Source: an uncultured Methylomirabilota bacterium (GTDB lineage Bacteria; Methylomirabilota; Methylomirabilia; Methylomirabilales; 2-02-FULL-66-22). Taken from it: a stretch of DNA of 64,000 nt. Each line of letters begins with the position of its first letter. Within the stretch, counting starts at the first letter, position 1. Below are positions 49,911 to 59,038 of the stretch, one piece after another. Made by a program: the position numbers and the translations under genes. The stretch spans positions 1,018,064-1,082,063 of the forward strand of contig CAWJSJ010000001.1 of assembly GCA_963845565.1 (NCBI GenBank). The letters are read 5' to 3'. Under the pieces are notes generated by a model. It did no database searches, had not been told where the DNA came from, and was given only the letters and a program-made list of their open reading frames with translations.

Positions 49911-50411
49911 TCACAACCGCTTGCCCGACACCGTCACCGGGTGCTCACGGAATTCCCGGCGCGCCGCATCCCACCGATAGCACGCCGTGCCGTAGGCCCG
50001 GCCGCCCATGACCGACACCACGAGATACGTGGCGCCCGGCCAGAGCGGTTCGCCGTCGGCCATGAGCGCCCGCTCCCGGTCCATGGCCGAGAAGTACGCG
50101 GCGTGATCCGGATGGGAGTGGTAGAACGCCAGCACCTCCCACCCCTGCGTATCCGCCTCCCGCAGCACCCGGAGTTGCTCCAGGGGATCCATCTTGTAGG
50201 CCGTCCGCGCATCGCGAGGGTGGCCGCCGGGATCGTCCTGCGGCTCGCGGTTGGCGATGTTCGTCACCGCACGCACCCCGTAGGTGTCCGGTGCGTCTCG
50301 GCGCCCGATCACCAGGCCGCAGATCTCTTCCGGATACCCCGACTCCGCCTGGCGGACAATCTCCGCGAGTGTCTCCCCGGTCAAAATCGGGATCGCCTCC
50401 CGCTCCACCAT
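49911..50411 (-). CDS. Mov34/MPN/JAB (Mec-like) metalloprotease
   Basis: YPEEICG, YHSHPDH..YFS..D JAMM motif. Confidence 0.92.
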   Translation of the reverse strand: MVEREAIPILTGETLAEIVRQAESGYPEEICGLVIGRRDAPDTYGVRAVTNIANREPQDDPGGHPRDARTAYKMDPLEQLRVLREADTQGWEVLAFYHSHPDHAAYFSAMDRERALMADGEPLWPGATYLVVSVMGGRAYGTACYRWDAARREFREHPVTVSGKRL

Positions 50412-50418
50412 TCCGGGG

Positions 50419-50439
50419 TCGTGGCTCGTGGCTCGTGGC
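50419..50439. repeat. Heptamer tandem repeat (TCGTGGC x3)
   Basis: Perfect 3x7 repeat just upstream of the JAB ATG. Confidence 0.7.
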
Positions 50440-50495
50440 TCACCGTGCTCCGCGTTCACCGAGTTCCCCACCCCACGCCCTATCTCGGTCGCCCG

Positions 50496-51326
50496 TCAAC
50501 TGAGGCGCGCCGTCGGCGACATCCCACAGAACGCCTGGTAGTCGATCAGGTCGGTGATGGTCGGGTGGTCGCCGCACACCGGGCACGCCGGGTCCCGCCG
50601 GAACGTCACCTGGCGAAATTCCATCGCCAGGCCGTCGAAGAAGAGCAGACGGCCCACCAATGAGTCGCCCAGGCCCAACAGTAGCTTGACCGTCTCCACC
50701 CCCTGGATGGAGGCGATCACCCCGCAGATCACCCCCAGGACGCCTGCCTCGGCACACGTCGGCACCACCCCCGGTGGCGGGGGCGCCGGGTACAGGCACC
50801 GATAGCAGCCACGGCCCGGCATGAACACCGTCGCCTGCCCCTCGAACTTGAAGATGCTACCGTCCACCAGGGGTTTTCGCAGGAAGACGCACGCGTCGTT
50901 GGCCAGATACCGGGTCGGGAAGTTGTCGCTCCCGTTCACGATCACATCGTAGTCCGCGAAAATCTGCTTCACGTTGACCGCGCTGAGGGCCTCCTGGTAG
51001 GGGACCACCTTCACGTCCGGATTGATGTCCGACAGGCCGTCGATCGCCGACTGCACCTTGGGACGGCCCAGGTCGTGACCGTGATGCAGGATCTGCCGCT
51101 GCAGGTTGCTCAGGTCCACCGTGTCGAAGTCCACGATCCCCAGCGTCCCGACCCCCGCCGCCGCCAGGTACAGGGCCACCGGCGACCCGAGCCCCCCGGC
51201 ACCGACCAGCAGCACCTTGCTCCCCAGCAGGCGTCGCTGCCCCTTGCCGCCGACCTCGGGGAGGATCAGGTGGCGGCTGTACCGCCGGATCTGCGTCTCG
51301 GTCATGATGAGGCCGCCCTCACCCAT
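50496..51326 (-). CDS. moeB: MoeB/ThiF-family adenylyltransferase (no rhodanese domain)
   Basis: RYSRHLILPEVG, VGAGGLGSP, SNLQRQ, CYRC, CAEAGVLG, CPVC. Confidence 0.93.
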   Translation of the reverse strand: MGEGGLIMTETQIRRYSRHLILPEVGGKGQRRLLGSKVLLVGAGGLGSPVALYLAAAGVGTLGIVDFDTVDLSNLQRQILHHGHDLGRPKVQSAIDGLSDINPDVKVVPYQEALSAVNVKQIFADYDVIVNGSDNFPTRYLANDACVFLRKPLVDGSIFKFEGQATVFMPGRGCYRCLYPAPPPPGVVPTCAEAGVLGVICGVIASIQGVETVKLLLGLGDSLVGRLLFFDGLAMEFRQVTFRRDPACPVCGDHPTITDLIDYQAFCGMSPTARLS

Positions 51327-51360
51327 GGGTCTGTCTCCCTCGTTTCGAAATTTCGTTGGC

Positions 51361-51831
51361 TCAGTCCCCTGCGCGATCCTGCCCGAACGCCTCCGAGGTG
51401 ACCGGGCGGCCCGCGACGGCTTTGGCCCGCTCGCAGAGATCCGCCAAGGTCGTGTGATCCACGATGGCGGCGACCGCGTGGCTGACCCGCGTCCACACCT
51501 CGCGGAGGACGCATTCTGTCTCATACGCGCACTGATCTCGGGGCGGATCGCCGACGCAATAGATCGCGGCGATGGGACCGTCGACGGCACGCAAGACCTC
51601 GCCCAGGGTAATCTGCGCGGGCGGGCGGGCCAAGGAGTACCCGCCGTTGACCCCTCGCTTGCTCAGCAGCAATCCCGCCCGTTTGAGCGTCAAGAGCAAC
51701 TGCTCCAGATACCGGACCGGCAGCCCTTGCCGGGATGCGACTTTCTCGATGGGAATCGGTCCCTGATCATAATGCAGGGCCAGATCCTGCAAGGCCCGTG
51801 TGGCATAATCCCCCTTCGTCGAAATTCTCAT
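51361..51831 (-). CDS. Rrf2-family regulator (IscR/CymR-like, three Cys)
   Basis: MRISTKGDYA, YLEQLL..LKRAGL..SKRG..GGY.LARP; C-x8-C-x5-C. Confidence 0.92.
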   Translation of the reverse strand: MRISTKGDYATRALQDLALHYDQGPIPIEKVASRQGLPVRYLEQLLLTLKRAGLLLSKRGVNGGYSLARPPAQITLGEVLRAVDGPIAAIYCVGDPPRDQCAYETECVLREVWTRVSHAVAAIVDHTTLADLCERAKAVAGRPVTSEAFGQDRAGD

Positions 51832-51856
51832 GGCGGCTTTCCTTTCAAAAGATTCA

Positions 51857-51906
51857 AAAGCCGACTACTTGAGTCGAGTATTAACATACTGATTCGGGGG
51901 TGTCAA
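51857..51906 (-). promoter_or_regulatory. IscR type-1-like operator overlapping a sigma70 promoter
   Basis: Minus ATACTCGACTCAAGTAGTCGGCTTT (51881-51857) fits ATASYYGACT-N5-AGTCRRSTAT; TTGACA-N17-TAATAC. Confidence 0.75.
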
Positions 51907-52087
51907 GCGACCCAGCACCCCGGACACCACCGCTCGACGGGCCCGATTAGGCGATTCCCGTGCCCGCAGGATTGCAAATCCCCACCCTCGGGTCTATATT
52001 CTGACCGCGTGGTTCCCGGGACCATGACCACCGCCGGGAACGGCGTGTTTCCTGTCGCCCATCGCGGACAACCTCGGGGACTGGCCC

Positions 52088-52669
52088 ATGTACACCCCCA
52101 CACCGGCACTGACCGCCCTGCAGCGCGCCGAACTCTTGGCGACGGCGCGCCGGGCCATCCGCGACCGGGTGGCTGGCCGGCCCAGCACGGCGCCCACCAC
52201 CCGGGATCCGGTCCTGCGTGCGCCGGGCGCGGCGTTCGTCACACTCACTCTGGCCGGGGCGCTGCGCGGCTGCATCGGATACATGCAGGCCATCCGGCCC
52301 CTGGCCAAGGCGGTCGCCCACTGCGCCGCCGCCGCCGCGACGGAGGACCCGCGGTTCCCCGCCGTCACGGCGCAGGAGTTGCCCGACCTGTACGTCGAGG
52401 TCTCCGTCCTCTCGCCGCTCCGACCGATCGCCGACGCCGGCGACATTCAGGTGGGCCTCCACGGCCTCTACGTCAGCCAGGCGAGCGCCCACGGGCTCCT
52501 GTTGCCCCAGGTGGCCACCGAGCACGGCTGGGACCGCGAGACCTTTCTCCGCCAGGTCTGCCGCAAGGCGGGGCTGGCACCGGACGCCTGGCAGTGCGGC
52601 GCCACGCTCCAGGTGTTCACCGCCGAGCACTTCCGCGACGAGCAGGCCGTCGGGGCGGAGACCGTCTGA
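52088..52669 (+). CDS. amrA: AmmeMemoRadiSam system protein A (AMMECR1 domain)
   Basis: AFVTL...LRGCIG, EDPRFP, EVSVLS, GLLLPQVA.E.GW, CRKAG. Confidence 0.93.
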   Translation: MYTPTPALTALQRAELLATARRAIRDRVAGRPSTAPTTRDPVLRAPGAAFVTLTLAGALRGCIGYMQAIRPLAKAVAHCAAAAATEDPRFPAVTAQELPDLYVEVSVLSPLRPIADAGDIQVGLHGLYVSQASAHGLLLPQVATEHGWDRETFLRQVCRKAGLAPDAWQCGATLQVFTAEHFRDEQAVGAETV

Positions 52670-52704
52670 CCGCCGCGAGACCCCGGCCGCAGCCGGGAAT
52701 TGGC

Positions 52705-52733
52705 TTGCCCGTGCCACCGCTTTTTGGTAGCAT
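52705..52733 (+). promoter_or_regulatory. Putative sigma70 promoter of the purHDE operon
   Basis: TTGCCC-N17-TAGCAT. Confidence 0.5.
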
Positions 52734-52963
52734 CCGGGCGCTTTCTCCAAGAATGCGCAGACCTCCTAGATCCCGTCACCCGTTCGCGTCCGGGGCCTCA
52801 GGGGTGGCATGAGGTGCCGCGGCGCGACGGACACTGATTCAGCGGCGTTGCCCTCGATCCCCGGAAAGACCGCGATGCGTTCCGGTGCGTGTCGCGGGAT
52901 CGCCCATCCGCTGCCCGATGCCGTCCCGGCCGCTGCCGGCGACGGGGAGATGTGACGACGCCG

Positions 52964-54589
52964 ATGATCCGTGTCCGCCGCGCGCTCTTGAGCGTGTCCG
53001 ACAAAACGGGCCTGGTCGAGTTCGCCCAAGGACTTGCGCGCCTCGGCGTGGATCTGCTCTCCACGGGCGGCACCGCACACGTCCTGCGCGCGGCCGGCCT
53101 CCCCGTCACCGACGTGGCCGACGTCACCGGCGTCCCCGAGATGCTGGACGGCCGCGTCAAGACCCTGCATCCGGCCATCCATGGGGGCGTGCTCGCCGTG
53201 CGGGGGAACGCCGACCACGCACGCCAGCTCGCCGCCCAGGGCATCGCCCCCATTGACTTGGTGGCCGTGAATCTCTATCCTTTCGAGGAGACCCTGGCGA
53301 ACCCGGATCGGACCGTGGCAGACGTCATCGAGCAGATCGACATCGGCGGCCCGGCGCTGCTCCGCTCCGCCGCCAAGAATTTCGCGGGCGTCGCGGTGCT
53401 GGCGGACCCCGGGGACTATCCGGCCGTCCTCGCGGAGCTGCGGGACACCGGGGGATCGCTCTCGGCGGCCACCCGCGTGCGCCTCGCGCGCAGCGCCTTC
53501 GACCACACCGCCCGCTACGACGCGGCCATCGCCGGCTTCTACGAACGCCTGGCAGGGGAGGAGCCTCAACGCAATCCCCCCGCTCCCCTCCCGCCGCTTG
53601 ATTCTCGGCTCTCGGCTCTCGGCTCTCGACTCGCCTTTCCCTCCCTCCTCCACATCCGGCTGCAGAAGATCCAGGAGCTCCGCTACGGCGAGAATCCGCA
53701 CCAACGCGCGGCGTTCTATCGGGATCTGGCCCTGCAGGGCGGTTTGGCCGCGGCCCGGCAGCTCCAGGGGAAGGCGCTCTCGTACAATAATCTGCTCGAT
53801 CTCCACTCCGCCTGGGAGCTGGCGCACGAGTTCCCGGAGCCGGTGGCGGCCATCGTCAAGCACAACAATCCCTGCGGCGTGGCCACCGCGACCGCGCTGC
53901 GCGACGCCTACTGCCGCGCCCGCGACGCCGACCCGGTCTCGGCCTTCGGCGCGATCATCGCCTTGAATCGGCCTTTGGACGGCGCGACGGCCCAGGCCAT
54001 CGCCGCCACGTTTGTGGAGGCGGTGATCGCCCCCGGCTACAGCGACGACGCCCGGCGGGCGCTGGCGGACAAGAAGAACCTCCGGCTGCTGGAATGGCCG
54101 CCCGAGGGCGGCGGGCCGACGGCCGCGGACGGGGGGTTCGAGGTGCGCCGGGTGAGCGGCGGGATGCTGGTCCAGGACCGCGACGCCGCCCGCGTGGACC
54201 CGACGGCCCTCACAACGGTGACGCGCCGGCCGCCCACCGCCGCCGAGATGCAGGCGCTCCGGTTCGCCTGGACGGTGGTCAAGCACGTCAAGTCGAACGC
54301 CATCGTCCTCGCCGGCGCGCAGGCCACGGTCGGGATCGGGGCGGGACAGATGAGCCGGGTGGATGCCGTCAAGCTGGCGCTCACGAAGGCCGCCACCCCC
54401 ACGCAGGGGACGGTCCTGGCCTCGGATGCCTTCTTTCCGTTCCGCGACGGGGTGGACGTCGCCGCCGCCGCGGGCGTCACCGCGATCATCCAGCCCGGCG
54501 GCTCCGTGCGGGACGCCGAGGCGATCGCGGCGGCGGACGAGCACGATCTCGCCATGGTCTTTACCGGGGTCCGCCACTTCCGGCATTGA
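52964..54589 (+). CDS. purH: AICAR transformylase/IMP cyclohydrolase
   Basis: ALLSVSDKTG, STGGT, GRVKTLHP, LRYGENPHQ, KHNNPCG, SDAFFPF, RHFRH; GTG 52952 is an alternative start. Confidence 0.97.
   Translation: MIRVRRALLSVSDKTGLVEFAQGLARLGVDLLSTGGTAHVLRAAGLPVTDVADVTGVPEMLDGRVKTLHPAIHGGVLAVRGNADHARQLAAQGIAPIDLVAVNLYPFEETLANPDRTVADVIEQIDIGGPALLRSAAKNFAGVAVLADPGDYPAVLAELRDTGGSLSAATRVRLARSAFDHTARYDAAIAGFYERLAGEEPQRNPPAPLPPLDSRLSALGSRLAFPSLLHIRLQKIQELRYGENPHQRAAFYRDLALQGGLAAARQLQGKALSYNNLLDLHSAWELAHEFPEPVAAIVKHNNPCGVATATALRDAYCRARDADPVSAFGAIIALNRPLDGATAQAIAATFVEAVIAPGYSDDARRALADKKNLRLLEWPPEGGGPTAADGGFEVRRVSGGMLVQDRDAARVDPTALTTVTRRPPTAAEMQALRFAWTVVKHVKSNAIVLAGAQATVGIGAGQMSRVDAVKLALTKAATPTQGTVLASDAFFPFRDGVDVAAAAGVTAIIQPGGSVRDAEAIAAADEHDLAMVFTGVRHFRH
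53603..53630. repeat. Heptamer tandem repeat (TCTCGGC x4) inside purH
   Basis: TCTCGGC x3 + TCTCGAC, translated DSRLSALGSRL. Confidence 0.75.
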
Positions 54590-54625
54590 GGGGCCGGACG
54601 GGTCGACCCCACCGATGGAGCCATT

Positions 54626-55903
54626 ATGCGCGTGCTGGTCGTTGGAGGCGGGGGACGGGAACACGGACTGGTGTGGAAGCTGCGGCAGAGCCCACGCGTC
54701 ACGCAGCTGTTCGCCGCGCCCGGCAACGCCGGGATCGCGGAGCTGGCCGAGTGCGTGGACATCAGCGCCTCGGAGGTGCGCCTGCTGGCGGAATTCGCCG
54801 CCAAGCATGCGGTGGATCTGACCGTGGTGGGCCCCGAGCTTCCCCTCACGATGGGCATCGTGGACGAGTTCGAGGGGCGGGGCCTGCGTATCTTCGGCGC
54901 CACCCGCCAGGCGGCCATCCTCGAGGGGAGCAAGGTCTTCGCCAAGCGGCTGATGAAGAAGTACAAGATCCCCACCGGATTCTTCCAGACCTTCTACCGC
55001 GCCGAGGACGCGAAGCGCTACATCCAGGACGTCGGCGCCCCCGTCGTCGTGAAGGCGGACGGCCTCGCCGCCGGCAAGGGTGCCATCGTGTGCCGCACCG
55101 TCCAGGAAGCGGTCGACACGGTGAAGCGGATCATGGAGGACCGCGTCTTCGGCGACGCCGGCGCCCGGGTCGTGGTCGAGGAGTTCCTGGCCGGCGAGGA
55201 GGCGTCGTTCCTCGCCTTCACCGACGGCGAGACGGTGCTCCCCATGGCCTCCACCCAGGACCACAAGGCCGCCTTCGACGACGACAAGGGGCCCAACACG
55301 GGTGGGATGGGGGCCTACTCCCCCGCGCCGGTGGTCACCGAGGCCCTGCATCAGAAGATCATGACCCAGGTCATGATCCCGACCGTGAAGGCCATGGCCG
55401 CCGAGGGGCGACCCTACCGCGGGGTGCTCTATGCGGGACTGATGATCAAGGACGGCGACGTCAAGGTGCTGGAATACAATGTGCGCTTCGGGGACCCGGA
55501 GGCCCAACCCCTGTTCATGCGCATGGAGAGCGACCTGCTGCCGATCCTGGAGGCGGTGACGGAACAGCGCCTGAAGGACGTCGAGATCCGCTGGCGCCCG
55601 GAGCCCGCGGTCTGCGTCGTCATGACGGCCGGCGGGTACCCGGGCGCCCACGACACGGACAAACCAATCACCGGTCTCGCGGCGGCCGCCCGCCTGAAGG
55701 ACGTCATGGTGTTTCACGCGGGCACGGCCCGGGTGGACAACACCATCGTCACCAAGGGCGGCCGCGTCCTGGGGGTCACCGCGCTCGGGACGGACATTCC
55801 GGATGCCATCAGCCGGGCCTACCGCGCGGTCGAGAAGATCCGCTGGGGCGGCGTCCACTTCCGCACCGACATCGGTCGCAAAGCCGTCGAGCGCCCCACG
55901 TAA
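54626..55903 (+). CDS. purD: Phosphoribosylamine--glycine ligase
   Basis: GGGGREH, APGNAG, KADGLAAGKG, GPNTGGMGAY, RFGDPE, GGRVL. Confidence 0.97.
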   Translation: MRVLVVGGGGREHGLVWKLRQSPRVTQLFAAPGNAGIAELAECVDISASEVRLLAEFAAKHAVDLTVVGPELPLTMGIVDEFEGRGLRIFGATRQAAILEGSKVFAKRLMKKYKIPTGFFQTFYRAEDAKRYIQDVGAPVVVKADGLAAGKGAIVCRTVQEAVDTVKRIMEDRVFGDAGARVVVEEFLAGEEASFLAFTDGETVLPMASTQDHKAAFDDDKGPNTGGMGAYSPAPVVTEALHQKIMTQVMIPTVKAMAAEGRPYRGVLYAGLMIKDGDVKVLEYNVRFGDPEAQPLFMRMESDLLPILEAVTEQRLKDVEIRWRPEPAVCVVMTAGGYPGAHDTDKPITGLAAAARLKDVMVFHAGTARVDNTIVTKGGRVLGVTALGTDIPDAISRAYRAVEKIRWGGVHFRTDIGRKAVERPT

Positions 55904-55976
55904 TCGCCAATTCCCAAGGAGTGTCTTTTCCGGCAATCGTCAATCGCCAATCGTCAATCGCCAATTCCCAAGGAGT
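55902..55976. repeat. 21-bp direct repeat bracketing AATCGYC heptamers
   Basis: AATCGCCAATTCCCAAGGAGT at 55902 and 55956; AATCGTC/AATCGCC x4 at 55935-55962. Confidence 0.75.
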
Positions 55977-55980
55977 TTCC

Positions 55981-56514
55981 ATGCCTCGCACACCGGCACC
56001 GGGCGCGCCTCTCGTCGCGATTCTCATGGGAAGCGACTCCGACCTGCCCACCATGGAAGAGGCGGCCACGCTCCTGCAGCACTTCAAGATCGGCTTCGAG
56101 ATGCACGTCGCCTCCGCCCACCGCTCCCCGGACCGGGTGGCGACGTTTGCGCGGGAGGCCGAGGGGCGCGGCCTGCGCGTCCTCATCGCGGGGGCGGGCG
56201 CCGCGGCGCACCTGGCAGGGGTCGTCGCGGCCCACACGATCCTCCCCGTCGTGGGCGTGCCGATGGACGGCGGGTCGCTGCACGGATTGGACGCGCTCCT
56301 GGCCACCGTGCAGATGCCCGGCGGCATTCCGGTCGCCACCGTCGCCATCGGGAAGGCCGGCGCGCGGAACGCCGCGCTGCTGGCCGTCCAGATCCTCGCC
56401 CTGACGGACGCCCGGCTCCGCCGCGCGCTCCTCGCCTACCGGGCGGACCTGACCGCCCAGGTGGTCGCCAAGGACCGGCAGCTCCAGACCAAGTATCCCC
56501 CAGCCACACGGTAA
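55981..56514 (+). CDS. purE: N5-CAIR mutase
   Basis: MGSDSDL, SAHRSP, IAGAGAAAHLAG, QMPGGIPVATV. Confidence 0.96.
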   Translation: MPRTPAPGAPLVAILMGSDSDLPTMEEAATLLQHFKIGFEMHVASAHRSPDRVATFAREAEGRGLRVLIAGAGAAAHLAGVVAAHTILPVVGVPMDGGSLHGLDALLATVQMPGGIPVATVAIGKAGARNAALLAVQILALTDARLRRALLAYRADLTAQVVAKDRQLQTKYPPATR

Positions 56515-56526
56515 CGGGGAGAGCGC

Positions 56527-58056
56527 ATGAGGTCGTATCGCGGGCTGGCCCTGGGCTGGCTCCTCGTCCTGACACTCCTGCACCTCTGGCTGATCGCCAG
56601 CGGCCGCTGGCCCCTCTCGGGGGACGAGGCGCACTACTGGGAATGGTCGCGGCGCCTCGACTGGAGCTATTACAGCAAGGGCCCGCTGGTGGCGTATCTG
56701 ATCGCGGCCAGCACGCGCCTGGGGGGCGCCACCGAGTTCTGGGTCCGGCTGCCCGCCGTCCTCCTGGGCACCGCGACGGCCGCCATCGCCTACCTCCTGG
56801 CCCGCCGGACGTTCCCCGAGGACCGGCCGGCCTTCCTCAGCCTGGTCCTCCTCAGCGTGATGCCGCTCTACGCCGTCGGGGCCGTGCTGATGACCATCGA
56901 TGCCCCCTTCGTCTGCTGCTGGGGGCTGGCCTGCCTCTGCCTCTCCCGCGTCAAGGCGCGGCAGGGCGAGCTGGCGTGGTACGCCGCGGGGGTCGTCTTC
57001 GGCCTCGGGCTGCTGGCCAAGTACACCATGTTCATGCTGGTGCCCTGCGTGGCGCTGTGGCTCGCCAGCTCCCCGCGCCTGCGCCCCTGGTTCCGGCGGC
57101 AGGAGCCGTACCTGGCCGCCGCCCTCGGCCTGCTGATCTTCAGCCCGGTGATCGTGTGGAACGCCCGTCACGGCTGGTACTCCATGCGCCACGTCCTGAT
57201 CCAGGCGGGCGGGAACGCCGAACGGTCGGTCTGGGACGCGCTGCTGGGCGGTCCCGAGTTCTTCGGCAGCCAGGTGGGGGTGGTCTCGCCGCTCCTGTTC
57301 GGGCTGCTGGTCGTCGGCGTGGTCTGGGCCTGGCGGGAGGGCATCCGGCGAGAGCGGGACGAACTGACGCTCCTGGTCTGCACCTCGGTCCCGGTCTTTC
57401 TCTTCTTTCAGCTGTGGAGCTTCGTCAGCAAGGTCCAGGCCAACTGGGCGGCCCACGCCTACCTCACCGCCGTCGTCGCCGCCGCCGGATGGTGCCAGAC
57501 GTGGATGCGGACCGGGGTCAGCCGCCGCTCCCGGCAACGCCTGCATCAGTATCTGCTCGCCGCGATTCTGCTGCCGGCCGCGCTCCTCTCCGTCGCCGTC
57601 GCCCCGGAACTCATCGAGTGGACGGGGTTCCGGATCCCGCCGGCGCTGGACCTGGTGGCCAAGCGCCTGCACGGATGGCCGGAGCTCGGCCGGGCGGTGG
57701 GTGCGGCGATGGCCCGGGTCCCGGGCCGCCCCTTCCTCGTCGCCGACCACTACCAGGTCGCCAGCCAGCTGGCGTTCTACGTGCCGGGGCACCCGACGGT
57801 GTACACCGCCAATTTCGGGCGACGAATGAATCAGTACGACGTCTGGGGCGGGTGGGAGCAACTGCCCGGCCGCGACGGCGTCATCGTCCTGCAGGGGATC
57901 GTCCCCCCGAACAGCGACCTCCGCGAGGCCTTCCGCACGCTGGAGCCGCTTGACACGGTCACCCTGACCGACCGCGGCCGCCGCCTGCGGGAATTCACCA
58001 TCCTGTGGGGCCGGGAATTCCGCGGATTCCCCGCGCGGCCCTTCGCCGGCTACTGA
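56527..58056 (+). CDS. ArnT/PMT-like integral membrane glycosyltransferase (GT-C)
   Basis: DEAHYWEWS..LDWSYYSKGP, TIDAP, GLLAKY, NW motif. Confidence 0.88.
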   Translation: MRSYRGLALGWLLVLTLLHLWLIASGRWPLSGDEAHYWEWSRRLDWSYYSKGPLVAYLIAASTRLGGATEFWVRLPAVLLGTATAAIAYLLARRTFPEDRPAFLSLVLLSVMPLYAVGAVLMTIDAPFVCCWGLACLCLSRVKARQGELAWYAAGVVFGLGLLAKYTMFMLVPCVALWLASSPRLRPWFRRQEPYLAAALGLLIFSPVIVWNARHGWYSMRHVLIQAGGNAERSVWDALLGGPEFFGSQVGVVSPLLFGLLVVGVVWAWREGIRRERDELTLLVCTSVPVFLFFQLWSFVSKVQANWAAHAYLTAVVAAAGWCQTWMRTGVSRRSRQRLHQYLLAAILLPAALLSVAVAPELIEWTGFRIPPALDLVAKRLHGWPELGRAVGAAMARVPGRPFLVADHYQVASQLAFYVPGHPTVYTANFGRRMNQYDVWGGWEQLPGRDGVIVLQGIVPPNSDLREAFRTLEPLDTVTLTDRGRRLREFTILWGREFRGFPARPFAGY

Positions 58057-58066
58057 GGAGCACACC

Positions 58067-59038
58067 GTGACGGAGCCCGACCGCCCCACCCTGTCCATCG
58101 TCATCCCCGTCTTCAACGAGGAGGAGAACATCCCCCTCCTCGCCGACGAGATCCGGCACGCCCTGGACCCGCAGGGGATCGCCTACGAGGTCATCGCCGT
58201 GGACGACGGCTCCACGGACGGGTCCTGGTCCCGCCTGGAAGCGGCGCGGGCGGCCGACCCCCGCTGGATCCTGGTGGCGCTCCGCCGGAACTTCGGGCAG
58301 ACGGCGGCGCTCTCGGCGGGGTTCGATCACGCCCAGGGCAAGGTCATCGTGCCGCTGGACGGGGACCTGCAGAACGACCCCGCGGACATCCCCCGCCTCC
58401 TCGCGCTGGCGGCGGAATACGACATCGTCAGCGGGTGGCGGAAGAACCGGCAGGACCGGTTCCTCAGCCGGCGCCTGCCCTCGATGCTGGCCAACTGGCT
58501 CATCTCCAAGGTGACCGGGGTCCGCTTACACGATTACGGCTGCACGCTCAAGGCGTACCGCCGCGAGGTGGTCGAACACCTCCGCCTGTACGGCGAGATG
58601 CACCGGTTCATCCCGGCCATCGCCAGCTGGATGGGGATCACCCTCGTCGAGGTGGAGACCCATCACCGCCCGCGGCGGTTCGGCCGATCCAAGTACGGAA
58701 TCACTCGGACGGTGCGCGTGGTTCTGGATCTGATCACGGTCAAGTTCCTCCTGACGTTTGCCACGCAACCCATCCAGGTCTTCGGCATGCTGGGCGTCGC
58801 CGCCGTCGGGGTGGGCGGCCTCATCGGCGCCTACCTCACGGCGCTCAAACTCTTCCTGGGGGCGCAGATCGGCGGCCGGCCGCTGCTCTTCCTGGCGGTC
58901 CTGCTCATCGTGGTGGGGGTGCAGTTCGTGGTGATGGGGCTGCTGGGGGAGATGCTGGTCCGCGTCTACCACGAGTCCCAGCGCAAGCCGATCTACATGG
59001 TGAAGCGGGTGGAAGGGCGGCCCGCGCGCGAGGCATGA
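58067..59038 (+). CDS. GT2 polyprenol-phosphate glycosyltransferase (ArnC/GtrB-like)
   Basis: SIVIPVFNEE, DDGSTD, RNFGQTAA, DGDLQNDP, two C-terminal TMs. Confidence 0.92.
   Translation: MTEPDRPTLSIVIPVFNEEENIPLLADEIRHALDPQGIAYEVIAVDDGSTDGSWSRLEAARAADPRWILVALRRNFGQTAALSAGFDHAQGKVIVPLDGDLQNDPADIPRLLALAAEYDIVSGWRKNRQDRFLSRRLPSMLANWLISKVTGVRLHDYGCTLKAYRREVVEHLRLYGEMHRFIPAIASWMGITLVEVETHHRPRRFGRSKYGITRTVRVVLDLITVKFLLTFATQPIQVFGMLGVAAVGVGGLIGAYLTALKLFLGAQIGGRPLLFLAVLLIVVGVQFVVMGLLGEMLVRVYHESQRKPIYMVKRVEGRPAREA

Noticed and set aside
52088..52669. amrA without amrB/amrS as a novel arrangement
   Set aside because: Partners are often encoded elsewhere; cannot be judged from one window.
52754..52812. 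Short ORF MRRPPRSRHPFASGASGVA in the purH leader as a leader peptide
   Set aside because: No convincing RBS, no informative codon runs and no terminator.
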